Shown piece by piece: positions 30,481 to 39,147 of a DNA stretch of 64,000 nt; positions within the stretch are counted from its first letter, which is position 1, and every line of letters starts with the position of its first letter. A program made the translations under genes and the position numbers. Source of the DNA: Nitrospiraceae bacterium (lineage in GTDB: Bacteria; Nitrospirota; Nitrospiria; Nitrospirales; UBA2166); assembly GCA_002726235.1 (NCBI GenBank), contig PBSN01000008.1, positions 164,643 through 228,642 on the forward strand, given 5' to 3'. Below the pieces are notes generated by a model that worked only from the letters and a program-made list of their open reading frames with translations, was not told the DNA's origin and searched no databases.

Positions 30481-31514
30481 TGTGTGTCTCCTGCTGTTTG
30501 TCGCTCCAAAATTTGTGATGCAGTATGGATGGCTTGGATCAAGCTTCCAGGGGAAGCAATTCCTTTGCCGGCGATGTCGTAGGCCGTTCCGTGATCGACC
30601 GATGTTCGCAGGATGGGTAAGCCCACGGTGATGTTGACTGCTTGTCCAAACGATAACAATTTCAAAGGAATGAGTCCTTGATCGTGATACATGGCCACTA
30701 GGACATCAAACTCACCCTTGGAGGTTCGTTGAAACAGTGTGTCGGCTGGGAAGGGTCCTGAGCAGTCCATCCCTGCGGTGTTCGCTTGCTCTACAGCAGG
30801 TGCAATAACTTGGATTTCTTCCATGCCAAATAACCCCTCTTCTCCAGCGTGCGGATTCAATCCGGCAACACCGATTCGTGGGCGTAGAATGCCAAAAAAG
30901 TCTCGGCATGCCAAATGTGCCAACCGAATAGCTTTCATTACGTTTGGAATCTGAATCAAGGATGGAAGATTTCGCAGGGCAGTGTGCGTGGTGACGAACA
31001 TGATGCGTAGTGGGCCACCCATCAGCATCATGCCAGATTCTCCACCGGTTGAAATGACTCCAGTGAGTTTGGCCAGTAACTCGGTGTGGCCAGGGTAGTC
31101 ATGCCCGGCCATGGCCATGGTTGCTTTGGTGATGGGAGCTGTAACGATAGCGTCGAGGTCTCCCTTCATCGCGAGCCTGACAGCCTCTTCAATAAAGGTG
31201 ACCTGAGCATGTCCGTTTGCGATAGATGGTTTACCATGTATGACGGGTGGCAATGGGTCAGGGAGGGGATCGAGTACGTTGATGACATTGTCGCTTGTAT
31301 TGTGAGGGCCGAGATGATCAAGTCTCTGAACGTGACATGGGAGTTGAAGAGTCAGGCACATCTGTTTCATGACGGGATATGATCCGAGGACGAATGTCCG
31401 CGTTTGGGATCTCACATTTTTGCCATTGTCTCCAGTTAAGGTTTTTGCAATAACCTCGGGACCGATACCGGCAGGGTCGCCCATGGTAATTCCAATGAGG
31501 GGCCGTTCAGGCAT
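30477..31514 (-). CDS. pdxA: 4-hydroxythreonine-4-phosphate dehydrogenase family
   Basis: TMGDPAGIGPE, GHTE, GLNPHAGE, MYHDQGL, RTSVDHGTAYDIAG. Confidence 0.95.
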   Translation of the reverse strand: MPERPLIGITMGDPAGIGPEVIAKTLTGDNGKNVRSQTRTFVLGSYPVMKQMCLTLQLPCHVQRLDHLGPHNTSDNVINVLDPLPDPLPPVIHGKPSIANGHAQVTFIEEAVRLAMKGDLDAIVTAPITKATMAMAGHDYPGHTELLAKLTGVISTGGESGMMLMGGPLRIMFVTTHTALRNLPSLIQIPNVMKAIRLAHLACRDFFGILRPRIGVAGLNPHAGEEGLFGMEEIQVIAPAVEQANTAGMDCSGPFPADTLFQRTSKGEFDVLVAMYHDQGLIPLKLLSFGQAVNITVGLPILRTSVDHGTAYDIAGKGIASPGSLIQAIHTASQILERQTAGDTQ

Positions 31515-32739
31515 GTTTCTTAGGTTTTCCCTTTGATGCGATTGTGCTCTCTGCGCAATCGATTGCGCGGCGCACTTCGTCCATAACATCGCGGACTGGC
31601 GTTCCAGTTTGTTGTGCTATCTGTCTACAGTCTCGATATTCAGGCGATCGTCGCTGTGTCCCATCGTTCAGCATTGCAACCTTCACGGATATTTCACCAT
31701 ATTTTGTTTTCACTTTTGTCTCAGTACGTGACAGGATCGTACGGGCGACGTCATGAAAGCGTATTCCTAATGTCGTTGTTTCTCGAAATATCATCTCAGT
31801 AACGGCATTGATGTGATTGCGTGTTGTGAGAATCCCGAGGATAATTCCTGGCCGGCCCTGTTTCATAATGACTGGCGTGAGTGTGACATCCAATGCTCCG
31901 CCACTTAATAATCGTTCAATGAATAAATCGTAGACCTGAGGATTCATATCATCAAGATTAGTTTCAATCATCACCGCATGCTCATCGGTGCTTCTGAATG
32001 GCTGTAAGTTATTCATTCTCGCATCTTCTCCGATAAAGATGCGGAGGAAGTTCGGGTGGCCATGGATTTGCCATGTTCCAGCTCCGTGCCCGATTGACTG
32101 CACTCTCATTGCAGGCATTAATCCGAAGTCATTAGCAAGTGAAGTCAAAATCGCTGCCCCTGTTGGTGTTGTAAGTTCAGCTTGGATTTCCGAGGTATAT
32201 ATAGGCACACCTTTGAGAAGGTGAGCTGTGGCTGGGACTGGTATTGGTAGGGTCCCATGGGAAGTTTTGACTAGGCCAGATCCAAGATTCAAAGGTGATG
32301 CAGTTACTCGTTCGATGCCGAGGAGAGTGCATCCCAATAGTCCTCCTACGACGTCGACAATGGTGTCGATCACGCCGATTTCATGGAATACAACTTTTGC
32401 AGGGGTGACTCTGTGGGCGCGGGCTTCTGCGCGAGCCATACGAGAGAATACGTCGAGGCTTTGTTTGATAACAGGTGGTGGAAGGGCTGCTTTGTTGATC
32501 ATCCTGACCATGTCCTCAAGGGTTCGTGGAGCCTTGGGATTGCCCTGTATAACCACATCAACCTTTGTGGCGGCAATTGTTGATCGTCGAACGTTCTTTG
32601 CTTTGAGCGAAAACCCTTTGATTGGGAGGGTCCGCAATCCCGTGGAGAGTTTTGAAAGTGGAAGACCGGCGTCAACAAGGGCTCCGAGAATCATGTCTCC
32701 GCTGACACCGGAGGAACATTCAAAGTGGGCGGTTTTCAT
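31507..32739 (-). CDS. larC: Nickel-pincer cofactor nickel insertase (C1+C2 in one frame)
   Basis: SGVSGDMILGAL, FHEIG..DTIVD, HGTLPIPVPAT, ELTTPTGAA, ETNLDD, ETTTLGIR, PEYRDC. Confidence 0.94.
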   Translation of the reverse strand: MKTAHFECSSGVSGDMILGALVDAGLPLSKLSTGLRTLPIKGFSLKAKNVRRSTIAATKVDVVIQGNPKAPRTLEDMVRMINKAALPPPVIKQSLDVFSRMARAEARAHRVTPAKVVFHEIGVIDTIVDVVGGLLGCTLLGIERVTASPLNLGSGLVKTSHGTLPIPVPATAHLLKGVPIYTSEIQAELTTPTGAAILTSLANDFGLMPAMRVQSIGHGAGTWQIHGHPNFLRIFIGEDARMNNLQPFRSTDEHAVMIETNLDDMNPQVYDLFIERLLSGGALDVTLTPVIMKQGRPGIILGILTTRNHINAVTEMIFRETTTLGIRFHDVARTILSRTETKVKTKYGEISVKVAMLNDGTQRRSPEYRDCRQIAQQTGTPVRDVMDEVRRAIDCAESTIASKGKPKKHA

Positions 32740-33524
32740 CTCTTCTTTCCAAGCTGGTTAATCTTATGAGCAAGACATCCAGCTCCGAAACCGTTGTCAA
32801 TGTTCATTACGCCAATACCTGGAGAGCAGGAGTTTAGCATTGTATGGAGTGCCGCAATTCCATCTTTTCCGGTCCCGTACCCTCGGCTTGTTGGAATGGC
32901 AACGATGGGTTGACTAACGAGTCCCCCGATTACGCTTGGCAATACACCATCCATTCCGGCGACGACGACGAAGACACGAGCTTTGACAAGTTCTGGTAAG
33001 CGATCAAGGAGACGATGGATTCCCGCAACTCCAACATCATATATCGTTGTCACCGCGCTTCCAAGTACTTCTGCTGTGACTTTGGCTTCTTCAGCAATGG
33101 GAATATCAGAGGTGCCGGCGGTGACAATGATGATCCGTCCAGTTTTTCGCGTTGGGGGACGTCCAATGACCACAGTACGACTCTGTTCATCGTACCGTGT
33201 ATTGGCGTTTACTGTGAGTAATGCGCGGGCAATGGTGGGGTTCGCTCGCGTCGCTAAAACCGGTCCCCCGTGCTGATGTAAGCGTGATGCAATTTCGACG
33301 ATCTGTTCTATTGTTTTTCCCGGGCAAAAAATGACCTCGGGGATGTGTTGACGGATGTCGCGATGATGGTCGATTGATGCGAACCCGGTATTTTCATATG
33401 GGAGGAACTGCAACTGTGCTAATAGGACATCAATCGTGGAATGACCACGCTGAAAATCCCGAAGCAGTCGTCGGAGTTTCTTTCGATCCATAGCGTTCCG
33501 AACAGCCTCTTTTCGAGGCATCAT
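32736..33524 (-). CDS. larB: Nickel-pincer cofactor carboxylase/hydrolase
   Basis: DHHR...PEVIFCPGKT, AGTSDIPIAEEA, DVGVAGIHRL, NIDNGFGA. Confidence 0.95.
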   Translation of the reverse strand: MMPRKEAVRNAMDRKKLRRLLRDFQRGHSTIDVLLAQLQFLPYENTGFASIDHHRDIRQHIPEVIFCPGKTIEQIVEIASRLHQHGGPVLATRANPTIARALLTVNANTRYDEQSRTVVIGRPPTRKTGRIIIVTAGTSDIPIAEEAKVTAEVLGSAVTTIYDVGVAGIHRLLDRLPELVKARVFVVVAGMDGVLPSVIGGLVSQPIVAIPTSRGYGTGKDGIAALHTMLNSCSPGIGVMNIDNGFGAGCLAHKINQLGKKR

Positions 33525-33547
33525 GAGGGGTAACCGGGAGGGAAAGA

Positions 33548-34639
33548 TCAGGAGGTGCGATCGGCCGTGGCAAGTTCTACGTGATCTGGAATTAGGCGCT
33601 CCAACAGTGTCAGAAGAGTTTGCCGTGGGTCTTCGTCGTCATACATGATTGCGTTCATTGCCGTGACAATTGGCATATCGACGGAATGACGTTTGGCAAG
33701 TTCGGCCACAGCCTTTGCCGTATTTACACCCTCCGCGACCGACATCCGTTCTTCCATGATCTTTTCGAGTGATCGACCGCGTGCAAGTCGCACCCCAATG
33801 TCTCTGTTACGGCTGATAGCTCCGGTTCCAGTGAGGATTAAGTCACCCAATCCCGCCAAGCCGATAAATGTCTTGGAGTCGGCGCCCATGGCTTCTCCCA
33901 GTCGAATAATTTCAGCCATCCCGTGGGTCAGGAATGCCGCTTTGGTATTCTCGCCGAATTCAAGTCCCTCAAGCATGCCAGTGCCAAGAGCAATAATATT
34001 CTTTATGGCACCACTAAGCTGGACACCAAGAACGTCAGTGGATATTTCCGGTCGGAAATAATGTGTCATAAGTTTCTTCTGCCATTCTGTCGCCATGGCA
34101 GGGTTTTCGGACGCGAGTATGACATGAGTTGGTTGCCGCCTCCGAACGTCTTGGGCAAAGCTTGGCCCAGAGAGAACAGCGAACTGATCATGCATGGATG
34201 CAGGAAGAACATCCTTCATGATCTCGGTCATTAGCATAAGTGTGTTAACTTCAATTCCTTTGGATACGCTGAGGATTGGACGAGGCTCAATAAGGAACTC
34301 GACCATCTGAGTCAGCACCGAGCGTGCTGCATGTGATGGGACGGCAAAGACGATCGTGTTTGCATCCTCTAAGGCAATTTCCATCGAAGAGGAGGCCAAC
34401 ACGTTGTTCGGGAGAAGTACGCCGGGCAGATACCCTAAATTCTCACGGGAATTTCGGATTGCCATGACCAAGTCAGGTTCATAGCACCATAGGTTAACCT
34501 GGTACCCGTGTTCGGCTAGAAGCCAAGAGAGGACGGTTCCCCAAGCACCCGCTCCTATGACGGCGACGACATCAGCATCTGCACTGAGGTCTTTCGAATC
34601 GCCTGCAAGTGTACTTTCCTGAATGTCTTGTTCTTCCAT
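33548..34639 (-). CDS. gpsA: NAD(P)H-dependent glycerol-3-phosphate dehydrogenase
   Basis: GAGAWGT, SKGIE, LSGPSFA, GAIKN, GLGDLILT...SRN, AEGV. Confidence 0.95.
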   Translation of the reverse strand: MEEQDIQESTLAGDSKDLSADADVVAVIGAGAWGTVLSWLLAEHGYQVNLWCYEPDLVMAIRNSRENLGYLPGVLLPNNVLASSSMEIALEDANTIVFAVPSHAARSVLTQMVEFLIEPRPILSVSKGIEVNTLMLMTEIMKDVLPASMHDQFAVLSGPSFAQDVRRRQPTHVILASENPAMATEWQKKLMTHYFRPEISTDVLGVQLSGAIKNIIALGTGMLEGLEFGENTKAAFLTHGMAEIIRLGEAMGADSKTFIGLAGLGDLILTGTGAISRNRDIGVRLARGRSLEKIMEERMSVAEGVNTAKAVAELAKRHSVDMPIVTAMNAIMYDDEDPRQTLLTLLERLIPDHVELATADRTS

Positions 34640-34664
34640 TGTTTTCCTAGGCTCAGGGTGGCGG

Positions 34665-34694
34665 ATTATATGTTTGCACTATAAAGCCTGTCAA
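34665..34694 (-). promoter_or_regulatory. Consensus sigma70 promoter for the gpsA-larB-larC operon
   Basis: TTGACA (34694-34689), 18 nt spacer, TATAAT (34670-34665). Confidence 0.75.
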
Positions 34695-34885
34695 GGCGGG
34701 CTAGCGGCTTCGCGATGATGTTATATTGCTCTGTTAGGAGATGATAGCGAGACCGGTTCGTAGTCAAATGCCATTGGAAAAGGACAACTTTCTTGCGCAT
34801 AGGCTTAATCAACCGCTTGTTCGTTTCTGCTAAAATGAAATGTAATGTTATTTATGCGATAGGTATCGTTAAGTTGTTAATATAG

Positions 34886-36457
34886 ATGATTATTTATCAT
34901 AGAAATAGATGGAGGTGTCACGGTTTCAACTGTGCGGTAACCCTTGTTGTTTTGGCTGTACTGCCGGTTGTAGTATTCGCCACGGAGCCACCACGCTTGT
35001 TGGATGTGGTCGTTGAGCCAGCGATCCTGACGCTTGGGACGGGTGAGCGACAGGTGACTGTTTCTGTCATGGTGGTCGATGGGGATGCCGATTTAGATCC
35101 TCAGAGCGTGAAGTTAAAGAAAGTTAAAATTGGAAAGAAAAACCCTACGATTTCGGTTTTTGCTGATGATGGGCAGAATGCTGATGCCGTTGCCGGTGAT
35201 GGACGTTTTACAACACAGGTTTTCCTCGATACTAGTATGCCTCGGCAGAGGGTCTTTCGAATTAGGGCAAAGGATCAACTGGGAAACAAAGCAGTCTCCG
35301 TTTCCTTGACGGTTTCCGTTGGGCCTCCGCTTGGACTCTCTTCCCTGCCGCTCAGAGATACACTAAATCTTAGATTGGAGCGCGTATTTGCTGGATTGAC
35401 ATTTACAGATCCTGTTGCCTTGCTTCAGGCTTCAGGTGATGCCGATCGATGGTATCTTGTCGAGCGAACGGGTGTTATTCAAACGTTTTTTAATCATCCC
35501 GATGTAAGCGAATTCACAACGGTTCTTGATCTTCGCTCCATCGTCGAGCCCCTCAGTGAACTTGACCTTGAACTTGGAATGCTCGCGTTGGCCTTTCATC
35601 CTGATTTTTTGGAGAACGGGAAAGCCTATGTTTATTACACCGCTGAAACAGACAATGGCATTGAATCTCGTCTTTCCCGTTTTGTCAGATCTGATGAAGA
35701 TATAACTTTCGACCCTGACTCTGAGGAAGTTTTGATTCGCGTAGAGCAACCGCGGACGCGTCATAATGGGGGGCAAATTGCGTTTGGGTCTGACGGCTTG
35801 CTCTATTTTGGTCTAGGTGATGGTGGGGATCGTTTCCAGAGTCAGACTATAAATAGTTTTCTTGGAAAGATGCTCAGAATAGATGTAGACGGTGGGTTTC
35901 CATATGTTATTCCACCGAATAATCCATTTCTTGGAGAAAATGGTCCTTCCGAAGTCTATGCGACCGGATTACGCAATCCATGGAGATGGAGCTTCGATAC
36001 ACAGACGGGAGTCTTATGGTTAGGAGATGTTGGCAATCGTCGTTGGGAGGAAATCGATATTGTTGTTCCTGGAGCTAATTACGGATGGCCTATCCTTGAA
36101 GGAGAAGAGTGCGCCGGTTTTCTTCCATGTGATACTTTCACACTCGTAAATCCACTTTTTACCTATGACCATGACGACGGCTGCTCGGTTATTGGTGGGT
36201 ACGTGTATCGTGGGATCGGAATTCCAGAGCTCGATGGCGTCTATCTGTTCTCGGACTTTTGTAGTGGGGCCATCATGGGGCTCTCAACCGACCCCGCAGG
36301 GACACTTGTGAAAAATGTATTTGTTCAAGGAGGTCATGACCCCGTGACTGGGGAATTCGGTTTGCTTGTTCGATCGCTGTCTGTTGATCAGGAAGGAGAG
36401 ATCTACGTCATTGAGAATGGTGGGAGCATCTTCCGCTTGGTGCCGGCGAGTCATTAG
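34886..36457 (+). CDS. Exported PQQ-dependent glucose/sorbosone dehydrogenase-family protein with N-terminal Ig-like anchor domain
   Basis: ALAFHPDF, HNGGQIAFG.DG.LY, GDGG, GLRNPWR, DVG...WEE, GANYGWP; N-terminal DDGQNADAVAGDGRFT motif. Confidence 0.88.
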   Translation: MIIYHRNRWRCHGFNCAVTLVVLAVLPVVVFATEPPRLLDVVVEPAILTLGTGERQVTVSVMVVDGDADLDPQSVKLKKVKIGKKNPTISVFADDGQNADAVAGDGRFTTQVFLDTSMPRQRVFRIRAKDQLGNKAVSVSLTVSVGPPLGLSSLPLRDTLNLRLERVFAGLTFTDPVALLQASGDADRWYLVERTGVIQTFFNHPDVSEFTTVLDLRSIVEPLSELDLELGMLALAFHPDFLENGKAYVYYTAETDNGIESRLSRFVRSDEDITFDPDSEEVLIRVEQPRTRHNGGQIAFGSDGLLYFGLGDGGDRFQSQTINSFLGKMLRIDVDGGFPYVIPPNNPFLGENGPSEVYATGLRNPWRWSFDTQTGVLWLGDVGNRRWEEIDIVVPGANYGWPILEGEECAGFLPCDTFTLVNPLFTYDHDDGCSVIGGYVYRGIGIPELDGVYLFSDFCSGAIMGLSTDPAGTLVKNVFVQGGHDPVTGEFGLLVRSLSVDQEGEIYVIENGGSIFRLVPASH

Positions 36458-36639
36458 TGCCGTAGAAATTCTTTATGGTTTTTACCACCAAAAAGTGACT
36501 ACACAAATAATTGCAGTATGAGCAAGTATCCATTTCCAGTTTGTTGGCCTACCTCTCAATTTTTTTAAATCAATGATTTACGCAACAGTAACCAATATGG
36601 TGTGGGGATATCTTTACACGTGGTTTTACAGAAAGAGTA

Positions 36640-37353
36640 TTAGAAATTCCATTCAAACCAGATCTCATGGTTGGTACTCAACGGTTTTTCGGTTTCTGGA
36701 TCTAACTGGCCACCTGGGACTAGGCCATGCCCAACATTATCCTCACAGTGACTGACAATTCGAAGCGTAAAGGGAACGACTGGGTCCGTTCCAATCGCGA
36801 CCGGGCTGAGATCTTCTTGAAAGAGATGAAATGGGATTGCGCCTTTGATCAACGGATAATCTAGGCCGATTTTCAGCCGTCCATTGCCATCGGAGTCAGT
36901 AAAGAATCCGTTGATAAGATTGTCGGATCCTGTTCCATCATCCCCAACACCCAATGCAAATATGTCACGCTCAAGATTTCCATCCGGAGTTGCCTGTGCT
37001 AGGTCGCGCATTGCTGAGACAGGAGCTAGGGGTATTGCTCCCATCTGAGCCATTCCAGAAACGGCAAGAGGAGTGGTTCCAGCAAGTCGAATCCAGATTG
37101 TCCAGAAAACATCAGGTACGGTATTTCTAACTTTAACGGTAATTTTTGTCTGTCCATCACGTTGTCTAATATTTGCCTTTGCGCTTGAATTTGACCACGC
37201 TGATGACAGCCCACAGGCCGTTTCCTCGGCAACGACATTTTCAAACTCCGCTACAATCTTCATTTGAGCGTGGGAGATGGAGACACCTGATACGCAAAGG
37301 CTAACCGCAAGACATCCAAACACCAATCTCGTTTGTCTAAGTAATGCTGTCAT
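36640..37353 (-). CDS. Exported hypothetical protein
   Basis: Strong SD GAGGGGGAG, signal peptide ending SHA-Q, 237 aa; no family recognised. Confidence 0.8.
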   Translation of the reverse strand: MTALLRQTRLVFGCLAVSLCVSGVSISHAQMKIVAEFENVVAEETACGLSSAWSNSSAKANIRQRDGQTKITVKVRNTVPDVFWTIWIRLAGTTPLAVSGMAQMGAIPLAPVSAMRDLAQATPDGNLERDIFALGVGDDGTGSDNLINGFFTDSDGNGRLKIGLDYPLIKGAIPFHLFQEDLSPVAIGTDPVVPFTLRIVSHCEDNVGHGLVPGGQLDPETEKPLSTNHEIWFEWNF

Positions 37354-37698
37354 GATATCTCCCCCTCATCGCGGCAGCCGTAGGAATTATTAATCCCCGT
37401 CGTATGCAGCGGGGTATTCAGGAAAAGAATTAATTAAAAACTTCCTTAGCCAGTTTTCCAAAAGGCGGACTCTGATGGTGACTCCGTCAAAGAGTCCTAA
37501 AGCATAACAATATCAACTCATTCATATGGTATGTAAAGGCGGCAGCATGGGGTCTTCGGAAGTCGTCTGTTTAGCATGTTCCTCCAGTGTAGAGGACATA
37601 TCATGCCTTATTGGGAAGCAGAAATTCCACTTATTGTTGTGTTGGCTAGATTCCCCAGTCACTCCCCCTTGATCAGGGCTGTAAATAGTGAGATTCGC

Positions 37699-38040
37699 TT
37701 AGTGTCCTACCAGTAGGTTTACGAGCATTCCGCCAATGGTAAGGGAGAGGGTCCCGATTGCGAGTGCTCCAAGGTTGGTGATTTCAAAACTGTCTAGGAT
37801 TTTGTCGGTCACCCAGAGGAGAAAAGCATTCAAGATAAGGTGAAATAGACCAAATGTCACCAATATAAGCGGAAAGGAGAGAAAAACTAGAATGCCCTTA
37901 AAGAGCCATGAAAGCACTGAATACGTAAATGCGACCGCGACAGCTGCGCCGTAGTTTTTGACGTTGATTCCGGGCGTAAGTTTCGCAATGATGAAAACTA
38001 ATAACGCGTTGAGAAAAAGTCCGATAAGAATTAGAAGCAT
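37699..38040 (-). CDS. YvlD/DUF360 (phage holin 4 family) small membrane protein
   Basis: 113 aa, four hydrophobic segments, FPLILVTFGLFHLILNAFLL. Confidence 0.85.
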   Translation of the reverse strand: MLLILIGLFLNALLVFIIAKLTPGINVKNYGAAVAVAFTYSVLSWLFKGILVFLSFPLILVTFGLFHLILNAFLLWVTDKILDSFEITNLGALAIGTLSLTIGGMLVNLLVGH

Positions 38041-38073
38041 GTGTTGTCGTGTAGAGGATTCTAGTGGGTGAGT

Positions 38074-39061
38074 TTAATCCCGGACCATTTCACGTTTTCC
38101 GCTTTGAGCCGATCGGTAGCATGCTTGTGCGATTGCCAATGAGGCAAGGCCATCATCGACTGTAATCTTCAGTGGCTGTTTTCCTCGAAACGCTTGAGTG
38201 GCATCTCTTAACACGTTTATGACGGTCATCGCGGGCTCTCCAACGTTGATTGGCCGTGATCCTTTCTGGTCGAGGAATTCTAACGCATTGCGCATGTGAT
38301 CGCCTAGGAGCATGCCCTTTGGGCCGATAAGATCAACGCGTCCATGGCGGCCTTGAACGTATTTCGACCCTTCAAGGGTAATCTGTACTCCATTACGGGT
38401 TTCCATGATTGCAGTGAATCTATCTTCTACCTCTCTTTCTAACACATGGCCATAGATGCACGACACGTGCCTGACTTCGTCTTTTGTGATAAATCGTGCC
38501 AGATCCAAAGATATGAACGCCCGTCTGAATGATATTCCCTCCACCTGCCGTTGCTTTCTTATGTTCCCAGTGAAGGGGCTTATGCTCAAGACGTTGTGAC
38601 AGAATGAGGCCGACAAGATTCCCAATCCGAGTTTTATGTTTTGTGATTGCAGTGATGACATTTGAGTATCGCAGGGTGTGGGCGAAAAACAATTTTACGC
38701 CTTTGCGTGCTGCTTTTGAAACAGACTTCGCAATAGCTTTCCCTTCTGTGAGGGTAGGGGCAAGGGGTTTTTCCAGAATGACGTGCTTGAACGCTTCTAA
38801 TGCCGCAATTGCAATCGGTCGATGTAACGAACATGGAACACAGATAACGACCGCATCAACATCTGGGTTTTGAAGTAGTGTTTGCCATGTTGGTTCCCAA
38901 TGAACTCCGAGAGCGCCTGCTTCTTTTTTGCCTTTGCGCTGGTCCACCCGGGTTACTGCAACGAGTGCCGCGTGGTTTGTGTCATTGCGGATGTGTCGGA
39001 TGTACCGTTCTCCTTGACGACCCATGCCGATGACGCCATATCTGATTTGATCTCTATTCAT
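38074..39061 (-). pseudogene. Gfo/Idh/MocA oxidoreductase split by a 1-nt frameshift (real lesion or sequencing error)
   Basis: N-part YGVIGMG, ILEKPLA, GGGNIIQTGVHIF in one frame; DLARFIT...VEDRF...DGLASLAIAQACYRSA in another; one extra base near 38505-38509. Confidence 0.8.
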
Positions 39062-39072
39062 CGGATATGCAC

Positions 39073-39122
39073 AAAACCCATGAGAGCCTTCCGCATAATA
39101 GTGAAAGGCCCTCATGGGTTTT
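39073..39122 (-). terminator. Intrinsic terminator of ahcY
   Basis: AAAACCCATGAG.GCCTT...AAGGC.CTCATGGGTTTT inverted repeat 26 nt after the ahcY stop. Confidence 0.75.
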
Positions 39123-39147
39123 AATGATGGTGCGTTGGCTGTGCTGA

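Noticed and set aside
37699..38040. Holin as evidence of a prophage
   Set aside because: This family is a common chromosomal membrane protein and no phage genes are nearby
38480..38520. Programmed ribosomal frameshift in the oxidoreductase
   Set aside because: No slippery heptamer or stimulatory structure, and no precedent known to me in this family
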